The notes under the pieces are model-generated. The model was given only the letters and a program-made list of their open reading frames with translations, ran no database searches and was not told the origin of the DNA. A stretch of 64,000 nucleotides of DNA from a bacterium. GTDB lineage: Bacteria > Oederibacteriota > Muellerivitia > Muellerivitales > Muellerivitaceae. The first letter of the stretch is position 1; every line of letters starts with the position of its first letter. The stretch lies in assembly GCA_035549195.1 (NCBI GenBank), contig DASZRK010000002.1, positions 231,655-295,654 of the forward strand, in the 5' to 3' direction. This document shows, one piece after another, positions 10,001 through 18,857 of the stretch. A program made the position numbers and the translations under genes.

Positions 10001-10929
10001 ATGGAAGCGCCGGCGCTTTTGTTCCAAAGCCAGTCGATACCGATACGCAAAGGATAGCGGGAGGCGTCATAGCCCATCTCCAGGGCCGGACGGCCGGAGT
10101 TGGTGGTCGCGTTCAGGCTGGAATCGACCTGATTGGGCATGAAGCCCAGTTGAGAATATTTATTGTAGACCGTGGGCAGGAATGTCCCGTAGATCCAGTT
10201 GTTGGGAATGTTCCAGTTATGGCCCTGGGCGTCGTAGGCGTTCCAGCAGCTGAACCAAGCCGGTTCCATGTAGCTGGAGTAAAGGGGATATTGGTAGGCG
10301 TCCCCCGAGTAGATGGTTCCGGTACCCACCTCGTAACTCCAAATGGCGTTGATCATGTTCTGCCATTGGGCCTTGTAATTAATCGCCCCGCCCGATCCCC
10401 ATATCTTGTCGGCCATGAGCAGGGCCATGGCCATGTCCTCGTCCGCGTCGGTAGCGCCGTTGGCACCCTTGATGCCGCCGTTGTTGTCCAGATTCCAATC
10501 CATCACATAATGATTGCTGGAGTCGGGCATCCATTGCACGGCGTATTTCCACAATCCATCGAACAGGGTCTTGTCGTTCATCATGACGGCGATGAGCATC
10601 CCATAGCCGATACCCTCGGAGACCGTATCGTTTCCCACGTCGGGCCGCTGGACGCGAAGGGCTCCCGCCAAGGTCCCGCCCCCGCGCTTGGTCCCGCTGC
10701 TGGTCACGTAGTGCGTGTACCAGCCGATGTAATTGGTCGAGACCGCCGCATTCATCGTGGCGTTCGGGCCGCCATTGGGGAGATAGACCCCACCATAGGA
10801 ATTGTTGTGGGGAAAGGTGACCGACCCGCCGCCGGAATTGACCGCCTGGGCGTTCAAGACCGAGACCGAAAGGACGAATAAGAGGATCGAAGCGGTTAAA
10901 TTTTTGAAGTGGCTGAAAAACGATTTCAT
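7090..10929 (-). CDS. Secreted GH8 glycoside hydrolase (endoglucanase/xylanase/chitosanase family) + CBM-like domain + ~380-aa Thr/Ser/Pro/Asn low-complexity linker + beta-sandwich domain + T9SS-type CTD
   Basis: Signal peptide [29 protein letters not shown]. Exact GH8 PROSITE-type signature [20 protein letters not shown], plus [11 protein letters not shown]. The C-terminal module ([21 protein letters not shown]..) is followed by [21 protein letters not shown]...[33 protein letters not shown] sits 5 nt upstream of the ATG. Confidence 0.85.
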   Translation of the reverse strand: MKSFFSHFKNLTASILLFVLSVSVLNAQAVNSGGGSVTFPHNNSYGGVYLPNGGPNATMNAAVSTNYIGWYTHYVTSSGTKRGGGTLAGALRVQRPDVGNDTVSEGIGYGMLIAVMMNDKTLFDGLWKYAVQWMPDSSNHYVMDWNLDNNGGIKGANGATDADEDMAMALLMADKIWGSGGAINYKAQWQNMINAIWSYEVGTGTIYSGDAYQYPLYSSYMEPAWFSCWNAYDAQGHNWNIPNNWIYGTFLPTVYNKYSQLGFMPNQVDSSLNATTNSGRPALEMGYDASRYPLRIGIDWLWNKSAGASIVTKFATTVQAGVGVNGANEIEEFWTVNSTPYGSPSGSNCNDLQIGGVLVASLSLANNATNQSYINNIYSTMMSRYPTCGSWTYFQDSVCFLAQLVATGNFPNIVCGTPPCGAQTCTPTPSPTPLACYMLDDVEDGNSMNRVNGYWFTFGYASVNNTPVATPQLYTFSGPSTIVYVGGATTGPAYSAYVTGSCAINGGSTNVYYGGLTQPETVYAGYSLATELTTGYQNLASAPTSMTNIAFYIKATSAPQTVRLNFYNPAVDPSNGGNANQYGFMIPITSANTWQYVTQPGSLAAGLAPESWGPASAMGTTLSYAQAMTHVTSLQWVAQAPVSGVTFAFWVDQVCLAGMGWNTPTPLPTSTPVVTIVPTDTPTRTVTNTATSTVTATPTRTPTFSPTNSPTNTVASTATNTATRTATTTPSNTPTLTSTSSPTNTATRTNTYTSTSTPSSTPTATLANTGTPTNTATHSGTPTSSSTPTRTATATLTATPSFTPTLTPTATLANTSTNTATRTATSTTTNSATQTATRTPSSTATDTGTPTITSTPTLSPTGTLSPSMTPTPSLTPTLTTTNTATSTATNSNTSTATLTATKTPTQTPTDTLASTATNTATRTASGTPTATLVNTATNTATGTASSTATGTATFTATNTLINTATNTATNTPTATASRTATSTSTNTLANTATNTATHTPTSTFTPTNTPTVTPTFTATPVIVAVANGSGAPSGNQLQGASNVPVIEVVLTNPSTTNVTMTSLTLTETGNPTSNILSVTLLKNGSPDGSPVGFSGSTATFSGLSDVIPLGGGSVTYTFQVNFSGTSTTGGYSFSLTGASGTNGQAASFNPLPLSGATITVVAPTSTPTASFTPTSSFTPTATATPTPFKENKPIVYPNPSDGGPVQVLPPPFTGTSDVKVQIFTTAFRKVQEQDYTDQAYGPLTVQMRDDWGTPLASGLYYVVVYTKSGKSVGKILVLR
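7800..8940 (-). repeat. Low-complexity Thr/Ser/Pro/Ala/Asn-rich linker-coding tract (ACN/CCN codon repeats) inside the GH8 gene
   Basis: Protein segment [27 protein letters not shown]... is about 380 aa long. The antisense strand gives the spurious VGV/VAV-rich ORFs 7826..8599 and 8699..9061. Similar tracts occur at ~1..540, 2080..2730, 4170..4480, 4800..5160, 11800..13150, 15200..16050, 19130..20110 and 22190..22310. Confidence 0.7.
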
Positions 10930-11015
10930 TGGGCCTCGTTGTTGTTCAAAAAACGGGGTCGAGCATCGGACCGAGGATGTAAAAGGTATCTCAATATTCC
11001 CGTCTTGTAAATTAC

Positions 11016-11094
11016 GGCGGCCAGAAAGGCCGTCTTTTTGGTTTACCGATAAATCGAAGACCCTTTGCTCTGTTTAACCCGGATCCGGTTAAAC
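11016..11094 (-). promoter_or_regulatory. Two stem-loops in the GH5-GH8 intergenic spacer: the near-perfect palindrome GTTTAAC-c-CGGATCCG-GTTAAAC (11072..11094) and a GC hairpin + T-run (11016..11041)
   Basis: The palindrome starts 5 nt after the GH5 stop codon (11099) and lacks a U-tract on the coding strand. The second hairpin, GGCGGCCagaaaGGCCGTC followed by TTTTTGG, is oriented for the plus strand. They may act as terminator or RNA-stability hairpins, or as an operator for a dimeric regulator. Confidence 0.35.
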
Positions 11095-11098
11095 GGCC

Positions 11099-14000
11099 TC
11101 AGCGCAGGATCAATAGTTTCCCCACTGACCGGCCGCTCTTGGTCTGGACCGCAACATAGTAGAGGCCGCTGGCCAAGGGCGTCCCCCAGGCATCCCTTAA
11201 TTCCAGGGTCACGGGTCCATAGGTCAGGTTCGAATAAGCATCTTCCCTCACCTTCCGGAAAGCCGTCGTGAAGATCTGCACCCTCACATCCGAGGTCCCG
11301 GTGTAGGGCGGAGGCAGGACCTGCACCGGCCCGCCGTTGGAAGGGTTCGGGTAGAGGACCGGTTTGTTCTCCTGGAATGGCGTCGGGGTCGAGGTGGCCG
11401 TTGGGGTGAAGGAGGAAGTGGGCGTGAAGGAAGCGGTCGGTGTCGCCGTTGCGACCACCACAGTGATGGTCGCTCCGGACAAGGGCAACGGGCTGAAATT
11501 GACCGCTTGGCCGTTGGTGCCGGACGCGCCCGTCAGGTTGAAGGAATAACCTCCGACGGCGGCCGTCCCGGAAAAGTTCACCTGGAAGGTATAGGTCACC
11601 GAGCCGCCGCCCGAGGGAACGATATCGCTCAGGCCGCTGAAGGAGGCCACGGAGCCGCTGAACCCCACCGGTGAACCTTCCGGCACACCGTTCTTCAAAA
11701 GGGTCACCGACAGGATGTTCGCCGCGGGGTTCCCCGTTTCGCTCAAGATCAGGCTTGTCAGGGTCACGTTGGTCCCGCTGGGATTGGTCAGCACCGATCC
11801 TTCCACGGGCACATTGGAAGCCCCTTGCAATTGGTTCCCGCTGGGAGCGCCTCCTCCCAAGGAGACCTGGACGGTCACAGCCGTCGGGGTAAAGGTCGGA
11901 GTGATCGTCGGCGTGAAACTACGGGTCGGGGTCCAGCTGTGGGTGGCGGTGAAGGAATTCGTCGGGCTGGGAGTGGCCGTTCGCGTAGCTGTGGCGGTGG
12001 CCGTATTGGTCGCGGTGTTGACCAGGGTGTTCGTGGGGGTATCGGTGGCGGTGTGTGTCCGGGTCGGAGTGGCGGTTGCCGTATAAGTGGCGGTGGGGGT
12101 CGTTGTGGCTGTCCGCGTGGCGGTCCGGGTCGGAGTGCCGGAAGGAGTGGGAGTCCCGGTCCAGGTGGGAGTATGGGTCGGGATCAAGGTACCCGTCGGG
12201 CTGTCCGTTGGGGTCGGGGTGATCGTAGGCGTTCCCGTGGCGGTCGAAGTGGCCGTGGAAGTTGTGGTCGAAGTGAGCGTGGATGTGCGCGTGGGGGTCG
12301 CTGTCGGACTGTTCGTGAGGGTCGAGGTGAAAGTGGCGGTGTTGGCCAGGGTCGCGGTGGGAGTGCGGCTGGGCGTGGAGGTCGGGGTGGCCGTCGGTGT
12401 ATTGACCGCCGTGTTGGTCGAAGTGGCCGTAGCCGTCCGGGTCGCGCTTTGGGTGGCCGTGGAGGTGGCGGAAGCAGTGGACGTGGAGGTCGTGGTCCGG
12501 GTCGGGGTGCCTGTGGGTGTAGGGGTCCCGGTACGCGTGGGCGTATCCGTCGGGATCAAGGTTCCCGTGGGACTGTCCGTAGGGGTCGGGGTGATCGTGG
12601 GGGTCCCCGTAGGGCTCGGGGTCCAGGTCGCCGTCCGGGTCGCCGTGTTCGTGGCCGTCGGGGTGGCCGTGGAAGTGACCGTGCGGGTCGCAGTGGAACT
12701 AGGCGTATTCGTCACGGTGGAAGTAGGGGTATTGGTCCTTGTCAGGGTGGCGGTAGGGGTAAGGGTCGGGGTGGAGGAAGCGGTGGCTGTTGCGGTCAAG
12801 GAAGGCGTGAAGCTGTTGGTGAAGGTCCGGGTCGGCGTGTTGGAAACCGTGGAGGTGGGGCTGTTGGTGCGGGTGGCGGTGTTCGTGGGCGTATCGCTGG
12901 GAGTGGCGGTGGGGCTGTTGGTCCGGGTGGGCGTGTTGGTGGGAGTCCCGGTCGAGGTATTGGAAGCCGTGGAGGTGGGGCTGTTCGTGCGGGTGGCGGT
13001 GTTCGTGGGCGTATCGCTGGGAGTGGCGGTAGGGCTGTTGGTCCGGGTGGACGTGTTGGTGGGAGTACCGGTCGAGGTATTGGTCCGGGTCGGGCTCGAG
13101 GTCGCCGTCGAGGTCGGAGTGAAGGTCGGCGTGTAGGTCCTGGTCGCGGTCGAGGTGGGCGTATTCGTGGGCGCGCAGACCACAGTGATGGCGATGGTAT
13201 TGCTGGTCACCGGCCCTCCGCCCGACCATTGGGCTATCCCACGATCGCTGACGACCTGGCAGGCATCACCGGCGGTATAGCTGTAGGACCCCACGATGAA
13301 GGTGATCGGCACACAGCTCCCGCCTGGCAGATTGCTCACCACCCAGCTCAAATTGGGGTAGGTCGTTCCTGTCGGGTTGATGGAAACCGGTGTACCCGAT
13401 ACGGTCACGGTCCAAGGACTATAGCCGGGTCCTTGGAAGGCCCACGACAGGGGATTGGTGATGTTGTCGGTCACGGTGACCGAATTGGCCGTGACCGAAC
13501 CGGATGAATTGCAGACATTCAAGACCATGGTGATGGGGGCGGCGTCCGAATAGCCCGAGGTCGGGCCGCCGGTGGTCTTCGTGAGGGTGATGTTGGGAGG
13601 GACCGTGGTGGGGGTGGCGGTGGCCGTACGGGTGGGCGTGCTGGTGGGCACCGGCGAACTGCCCGAGCAGGTCGGGGCGACGGTGGCCAATTGGTTCACG
13701 ACCGGCTGCCCATGCCAGGAGTTCAACGAGGAAGGCAGGGCCGAGAGCATGGCCGGGCAGGCGCCGTTGTGCCAGGACCAGGCGGTCCAGGAATAGACGT
13801 AACTGCGGTTGTTGCTCCCGTTGGCGAAGGTGAAGAGGGCGTTGTCGAAAGTGCCGCTGTCGTTGTTGCAGTTGGGCCCCGAGGGGTCGGGCCCGAACTC
13901 CCCGATGAAGACCGGATGGTTTGCCGCCGCGATGGTGGTCTCGGTATCCCAATTGGAGGAGTTGTCCGTCCCGTTGCCCTTGTGCCCGTAGATGTGCACA

Positions 14001-14761
14001 TCGTAGGCGAACCCATTGCCCGCGTTGGTGAAGGGATAGGAATCGATGGACCGCAGGTCATAGGCCCAGTCCAACCCGCCGATGAAGATGATGTTGTTGG
14101 CCCCGGTCCCACGGATGGCGTTGATGAGGGCCTGGTGGCCCGGGGTCGTGAAGCCCTGGGTGGTGTTCCCGCCGCTCTGCCAAACGGACCAGGAGACGCT
14201 CTTGGGTTCGTTATAAAGGCCGAAGAAGACCGCGGGGTTGTTCTTATAACGGTTGGCCACGTTGGTCCAGAAGGTCACCGCGTTGGCGTCGGGCATATCC
14301 TGCTGGCCGGTGGCCGTGCCCCAGCCGCTCCCGCAAGGGGCGGAGGCGGTGCTGGAGGTCCCCGACCAATGCAGGTCGATGATGACATAGGCGTTGGCGC
14401 CCGAGCAGTAATTGACGATGTTGTCCACGATGGTCTGGTAGGAGGAGGCGCTGCCCCCTTGGCAGCCGAACCATCGGTCCTGGTTCACGGGCAGACGGAT
14501 GATGTTGGCCTTGTAGGTCCCGACCGCGGCCTGGACCGAGGAAAGGGGCGGCCCCTCACCGGTGTTGCTCCATTCCAAACTGGGAACGTTAACGCCGCGT
14601 AAACGGACCGAACAGCCGCTGGAGGTCTGGAAGTGGTTGCCCGAAACAAAAAGGTCCGGCGGCGCGGCCAAGGCGCTTGAGGACAAAAGGAAGGCAAAAA
14701 GAAGGACGCCTTGCCTGAACCGGTTCAATGGTCTCTTTTGGAATTTCATTTCCGTACGCAC
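11099..14761 (-). CDS. Secreted GH5 glycoside hydrolase (cellulase family A) + DUF11-like conserved-repeat domain + long Thr/Pro linker + beta-sandwich domain + T9SS-type CTD
   Basis: GH5 motifs: IIRLPV, VFFGLYNEPKS (acid/base NEP) and VFIGEFGPD (nucleophile GEFG). Mid-domain ITLTKTTGGPTSGYSDAAPITMVLNVCNSSGSVTANSVTVTDNITN is DUF11-like. The C-terminal cassette is ~85% identical to that of the GH8 at 7090 and ends KPVLYPNPSNGG...[25 protein letters not shown]. Confidence 0.8.
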   Translation of the reverse strand: MRTEMKFQKRPLNRFRQGVLLFAFLLSSSALAAPPDLFVSGNHFQTSSGCSVRLRGVNVPSLEWSNTGEGPPLSSVQAAVGTYKANIIRLPVNQDRWFGCQGGSASSYQTIVDNIVNYCSGANAYVIIDLHWSGTSSTASAPCGSGWGTATGQQDMPDANAVTFWTNVANRYKNNPAVFFGLYNEPKSVSWSVWQSGGNTTQGFTTPGHQALINAIRGTGANNIIFIGGLDWAYDLRSIDSYPFTNAGNGFAYDVHIYGHKGNGTDNSSNWDTETTIAAANHPVFIGEFGPDPSGPNCNNDSGTFDNALFTFANGSNNRSYVYSWTAWSWHNGACPAMLSALPSSLNSWHGQPVVNQLATVAPTCSGSSPVPTSTPTRTATATPTTVPPNITLTKTTGGPTSGYSDAAPITMVLNVCNSSGSVTANSVTVTDNITNPLSWAFQGPGYSPWTVTVSGTPVSINPTGTTYPNLSWVVSNLPGGSCVPITFIVGSYSYTAGDACQVVSDRGIAQWSGGGPVTSNTIAITVVCAPTNTPTSTATRTYTPTFTPTSTATSSPTRTNTSTGTPTNTSTRTNSPTATPSDTPTNTATRTNSPTSTASNTSTGTPTNTPTRTNSPTATPSDTPTNTATRTNSPTSTVSNTPTRTFTNSFTPSLTATATASSTPTLTPTATLTRTNTPTSTVTNTPSSTATRTVTSTATPTATNTATRTATWTPSPTGTPTITPTPTDSPTGTLIPTDTPTRTGTPTPTGTPTRTTTSTSTASATSTATQSATRTATATSTNTAVNTPTATPTSTPSRTPTATLANTATFTSTLTNSPTATPTRTSTLTSTTTSTATSTATGTPTITPTPTDSPTGTLIPTHTPTWTGTPTPSGTPTRTATRTATTTPTATYTATATPTRTHTATDTPTNTLVNTATNTATATATRTATPSPTNSFTATHSWTPTRSFTPTITPTFTPTAVTVQVSLGGGAPSGNQLQGASNVPVEGSVLTNPSGTNVTLTSLILSETGNPAANILSVTLLKNGVPEGSPVGFSGSVASFSGLSDIVPSGGGSVTYTFQVNFSGTAAVGGYSFNLTGASGTNGQAVNFSPLPLSGATITVVVATATPTASFTPTSSFTPTATSTPTPFQENKPVLYPNPSNGGPVQVLPPPYTGTSDVRVQIFTTAFRKVREDAYSNLTYGPVTLELRDAWGTPLASGLYYVAVQTKSGRSVGKLLILR

Positions 14762-14942
14762 GAATGCCTTGATCAGGATTTAAAACGACCAAAAAACGTT
14801 TTCAGCAGGAAGCAAAAAAGGGCGGCCTTGCCCATAAAAGTTACCACATTTTCCCCCGTTACAAAGGAACAAATGAAATAGGCAATTCTTTGATTTTATC
14901 GAAAAAGTTTAATGCTCAACCAACCTCGCCCTCGATCGTCCT

Positions 14943-17819
14943 TCAGCGAAGCACTAATAACTTCAACGTCCAATGACGTCCCCCACCGGAAAGGACCAGG
15001 TAGTAAAGGCCGTTCGCGAAAACTTTTCCTTGTGGGTCGGTCAGGAGCAAGGGAATGGATTGCCCCGCCACGCTCAAGGTCAGGTGGATGTCCTCCACCT
15101 TCCGGAAAGCCAATGTAAAAACTTCGATCCGCAGGTCTTTCCCCGCCGAGCCAGGCGAAAGGAGGGTCACTTGCTCCCCTGTTTGCACCGGGTTCGGATA
15201 GAGCAGGGGTTTGTCCGTCGCCAAGGGGGTCAGGGTCGGACTCAGGGGCGGCGTTGTGGAAGAAGGGGTGGCGGAGGATGTCGTGGTCGGGGTGGCCGTG
15301 GGGGTCAACGTCGAGGCCGGGATGGAAGTGGCGCTGGCGGTCCAAGTCGGGGTCGCCGTCCCCGTAAAGGTCGGCGTCAAGGTACGCGTTACGGTGAAGG
15401 TGGCCGTGGTGGTTGCGGTCACCGTGAAGGTACGCGTAGCGGTCGGGGTAGTGGTGGCCGTCCCTGTGGAAGTTCCTGTTGAAGTAGGGGTGGCGGTCGG
15501 CGGCAAGGTCCCCGTGGGCGAAAGGGTCCGAGTGGCGGTAACGGTCGGGGTCGCCGATGCGGTCGCACTGGGTGTGGTCGTCGAGGTGGAGGTAGCCGTT
15601 CGGGTCGGACTGAAGGTTCCGGTCGCCGTCCAGGTGGCGGTACCGGTCGGAGTGGCGGAAGGAGGGGCCGTGGGGGTGAAGCTGGTCGTGGAAGTGGCCG
15701 AAGGGGTCGTGGTGGGGCTCGGGGTGAAGGTCCCTGTCGAGGTCATCGAGGCGCTTGGGGTGGGCGAATAGGTTCCCGTGGGGGTCCAACTGACCGTGGC
15801 CGTCGCGGAAGCCGTGGCTGTCCGGCTGGCGGTGAGGGTCGCCGTGGACGACGGGGTCGAGCTGGGGGTAACGGTGGCCGTCCGGCTAGCCGTCAGGGTC
15901 GGCGTCGCCGACATCGAACTGGTCGGTGTGGAACTGGCCGTGCGGGTAGGGGTCGGCGAGATCGTGGGGGTGGGCGTATAGCTCCCCACCGTCGGGGTCG
16001 GCGTGGCGGTCGGGGGCTTGGGGGTATTGGTGGGGGTCGCCGTCCAAGGGGTGGTCGGGGTGGGGGTGGGCAGGTTCGCGATACGAATGACCTGGATGGC
16101 GTTCACTTGCGAGGTATCGGCGGTCGAACTGAACGACAGGTCCAACTGGCCGCTCGAGACCAGTACCGTCACGGTCCGGTCATAGGCCGTGTGTTCCCCT
16201 CCGGCCGCGCTATAGACGTCCAAACCGCTGATCTCCGGTTGGCCTTGGGCCGTCAGGCTAAAGACCCGCCCCCCCGGGTGGGCATTGGGGTCGTAGTTCT
16301 CGCAGAACTTCAAGGTCACCTGGTAATAGCCCGTGGGCACGGTGAAATGATAGATGGGATTGCCCCAGCGCTCGGTCTGGTAGAGGGTCTGCTGGTTGTT
16401 GACCGTATTGGAGATGGTCTGGCCGCTGTAGGTCGAGGTGCTCCCCGAGGTGGTGGTGTCATAACCCCAACTCCCCGCCGAGAAAACCTTGTCGGCGGCC
16501 CAGGTGGCCCCCGCGCTGTCCACGAACTGGGGCCCCCCTGCGTTCACCCGGATCGTGAGCGGGGCATAAGCGGAAAGGGTCGGGGTGGGGGTCGGCGTCC
16601 CATAGAGGTTGTAGTCGAGGAAATTCCCGGAAAGCATCAGCAGCGACATCACCGTCCAGGATTCGTCGTAATAGGTGCCCCCCACCAGCAATTTCGATCC
16701 CACCAGGTCGTTGTAGGTATCGTCCATATAGGCCTGGTAGTTGCGGCTCACCATCCCCCCCACCCCGGCGGGTCCCACAAAGGCCGCCGATTGGAACCCA
16801 GGGTTCTGGGAAACGGTCAAGGTGGGCAATTGGGCGTCCGGGGTTCCGTTCAAGTGGTAGCCATCCACGATGGAGACGGCCCCGATGGCGGAGAAGAAAT
16901 TGCTGGTCTTGGTGGCATAGGTCTCCGCCGCCGAATTCCCGAACCAGAGGTAATCCTGCACCATGCGGAAGGGCGTGCGGCAGGCGTCGTATTGGTAGTC
17001 GGTGTAGGCTGACCCCACCGAGTTCTGGGAAACCCCCGCGCTGTTGCACCAGGCCGAGACCAGGCCGTTGGTGGCATTGCCATAGCCCTGGGCGAGGTTG
17101 TTGTTGAGGATGGTGTAACAACTGGCGGCGATATTGAGCCAACCCGGTTGACCTGTGGCGGTGGCGAATTCCCGGAAATAGGCGGGCGCGAAATAGGAGG
17201 GATTGATGGCCCCGAACCCGTCCCCCGCGGTGACGATCTGCCCCGCGCTGTTCATATAGGAATAGAGCTTTCCGATCTGGGTGACCGCCAGGCTCTGATA
17301 GCTGGCCCCCAAGGACCCGCTCCCGCCCCATTGGCGGGCGGCCATGAGCAGGGCCCAGGCCATGTCCTCGTCCCCGTCAGTGGCGGCGCCGCTTCCGGCG
17401 GTCCCGCCCGAGGCATCGATGTACCAGTTCATCAGGCCGCTGCCGTCCAGGTGCAATTGCTCGTACTTCCAGAGCTTATCGAAGAGGTTCTGGTCGTTCA
17501 TATAAACGGCGATGAGCATGCCGTAACCGATGCCTTCCGACACGGTGGAATTGAGGGCCAGCCCCGAGTCGTTGGGCCGCTGCACCCGTAGGAACCCGCC
17601 CGCGCCCGTCGAGGTCACGCAGTCGGCGTACCACTTGTTGTAGGCGGCGAGGATGTCGGCGTTGTTATAGATGGAGGAATGGAACCCATAAGGATTGTCC
17701 CGGTTCTGGGGGAAGGGGAAGTTGCCCGTGGTGCCGTTCACACTTTGCGCGTTCATTGAACCGGTCCAACAAATGGACACAAGGAAGGCACAGAGGAATT
17801 GGGGGAGCCGGACCTTCAA
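14943..17819 (-). CDS. Secreted GH8 glycoside hydrolase + malectin/CBM57-like domain + Thr/Pro/Ser linker + T9SS-type CTD
   Basis: Signal peptide MKVRLPQFLCAFLVSICWTGSMNAQS. Exact GH8 signature ATDGDEDMAWALLMAARQWG, plus [11 protein letters not shown]. Malectin-like segment IRVNAGGPQFVDSAGATWAADKVF...LYQTERWG...RVFSL...LDLSF. CTD KPLLYPNPVQTGEQV...NGLYYLVLSGGGRHWTLKLLVLR. Confidence 0.85.
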   Translation of the reverse strand: MKVRLPQFLCAFLVSICWTGSMNAQSVNGTTGNFPFPQNRDNPYGFHSSIYNNADILAAYNKWYADCVTSTGAGGFLRVQRPNDSGLALNSTVSEGIGYGMLIAVYMNDQNLFDKLWKYEQLHLDGSGLMNWYIDASGGTAGSGAATDGDEDMAWALLMAARQWGGSGSLGASYQSLAVTQIGKLYSYMNSAGQIVTAGDGFGAINPSYFAPAYFREFATATGQPGWLNIAASCYTILNNNLAQGYGNATNGLVSAWCNSAGVSQNSVGSAYTDYQYDACRTPFRMVQDYLWFGNSAAETYATKTSNFFSAIGAVSIVDGYHLNGTPDAQLPTLTVSQNPGFQSAAFVGPAGVGGMVSRNYQAYMDDTYNDLVGSKLLVGGTYYDESWTVMSLLMLSGNFLDYNLYGTPTPTPTLSAYAPLTIRVNAGGPQFVDSAGATWAADKVFSAGSWGYDTTTSGSTSTYSGQTISNTVNNQQTLYQTERWGNPIYHFTVPTGYYQVTLKFCENYDPNAHPGGRVFSLTAQGQPEISGLDVYSAAGGEHTAYDRTVTVLVSSGQLDLSFSSTADTSQVNAIQVIRIANLPTPTPTTPWTATPTNTPKPPTATPTPTVGSYTPTPTISPTPTRTASSTPTSSMSATPTLTASRTATVTPSSTPSSTATLTASRTATASATATVSWTPTGTYSPTPSASMTSTGTFTPSPTTTPSATSTTSFTPTAPPSATPTGTATWTATGTFSPTRTATSTSTTTPSATASATPTVTATRTLSPTGTLPPTATPTSTGTSTGTATTTPTATRTFTVTATTTATFTVTRTLTPTFTGTATPTWTASATSIPASTLTPTATPTTTSSATPSSTTPPLSPTLTPLATDKPLLYPNPVQTGEQVTLLSPGSAGKDLRIEVFTLAFRKVEDIHLTLSVAGQSIPLLLTDPQGKVFANGLYYLVLSGGGRHWTLKLLVLR

Positions 17820-18136
17820 GTGGGACTCTCTTGGAAATTTTTTGGTTTGTTACAACGCCGGGCGAAAAGGACCCTTCCGAGCGTGCGAATAGCCGATGAA
17901 AAAATATACACCGTAACGATTTGGACTTGGGGTCGAAGAACCTGAATTCGGGTTTCTCGTGAAAGTATTTTTCAGGAACTTCACCCCTTCGCCCGGGATT
18001 TTTTTATTCCCGACAAAGCGCTTCCAATAAGGAGTTTCAGCGGTCGGTCGATCCCATCCCATTTAAACGTTGGAATCGGACAAGGTGGGGCCCTAAACTC
18101 CGCGCGATGGAACTGGAATGAATTAAGGAGGGTCGC

Positions 18137-18844
18137 ATGCCTGAAACGATGCTCATCACCGGCGCCAACCGTGGTCTGGGTCTGGCCATCAGCAAAGCCC
18201 TGTTGGAAATGGGGGATCGGGTCTTCGCCGCCTGCCGGGAACCGCAAAAAGCCGAAGAGCTCAAGGCCCTCGCGAAAGCCCACCCAGGCCAGGTCGAGAT
18301 CGTGGCGCTGGACCCCAGCAACGACCGCTCCCCTTTCGAGGCGGCGAAAGCCGTCGCTTCCAAGACCGACCACCTGGACCTGCTCTTCAACAACGCGGGC
18401 GTCTCGCCCCAACCCTATGACGCGCCTTTGGACCAGGTGGGCCTTGCCCAGATGCGGGAGGCCTTCGAGGTGAACACCTTGGGCCCCCTCAAGGTGTCCC
18501 AGGCTTTCCTCCCCCTATTAAAGAAGGCTTCCAACCCCCGGATAGTGAACATGAGCACCGGGCTCGCCTCCCTCTCGGGCAAGAGCGAGGGCCACTTCTA
18601 CGCCTATGGGGTCTCCAAGGCCGCCATGAACATGCTGACCCGTACCATGGCCTTCGACCTGCAAAAGGACAAGGTGACCTGCGTTTGCCTGGATCCGGGT
18701 TGGGTGAAGACCGACATGGGCGGTCCCAGCGCTCCGCTCCAACCGGCCGAATCGGCCGGGGCCATCGCCAAAACCCTCAAGAAGCTGTCCCTTTCCGGGA
18801 CGGGTCGCTACATCTACAACGACGGCAATGACCTGAAGTGGTAA
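18137..18844 (+). CDS. Short-chain dehydrogenase/reductase (SDR family, C-factor-like)
   Basis: TGANRGLGLAI glycine-rich NAD(P)-binding motif, NNAG, and catalytic Y..K (YAYGVSKAA). Strong RBS (taaggagggtcgcATG). Confidence 0.85.
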   Translation: MPETMLITGANRGLGLAISKALLEMGDRVFAACREPQKAEELKALAKAHPGQVEIVALDPSNDRSPFEAAKAVASKTDHLDLLFNNAGVSPQPYDAPLDQVGLAQMREAFEVNTLGPLKVSQAFLPLLKKASNPRIVNMSTGLASLSGKSEGHFYAYGVSKAAMNMLTRTMAFDLQKDKVTCVCLDPGWVKTDMGGPSAPLQPAESAGAIAKTLKKLSLSGTGRYIYNDGNDLKW

Positions 18845-18857
18845 GGCGTCGGCGCTC

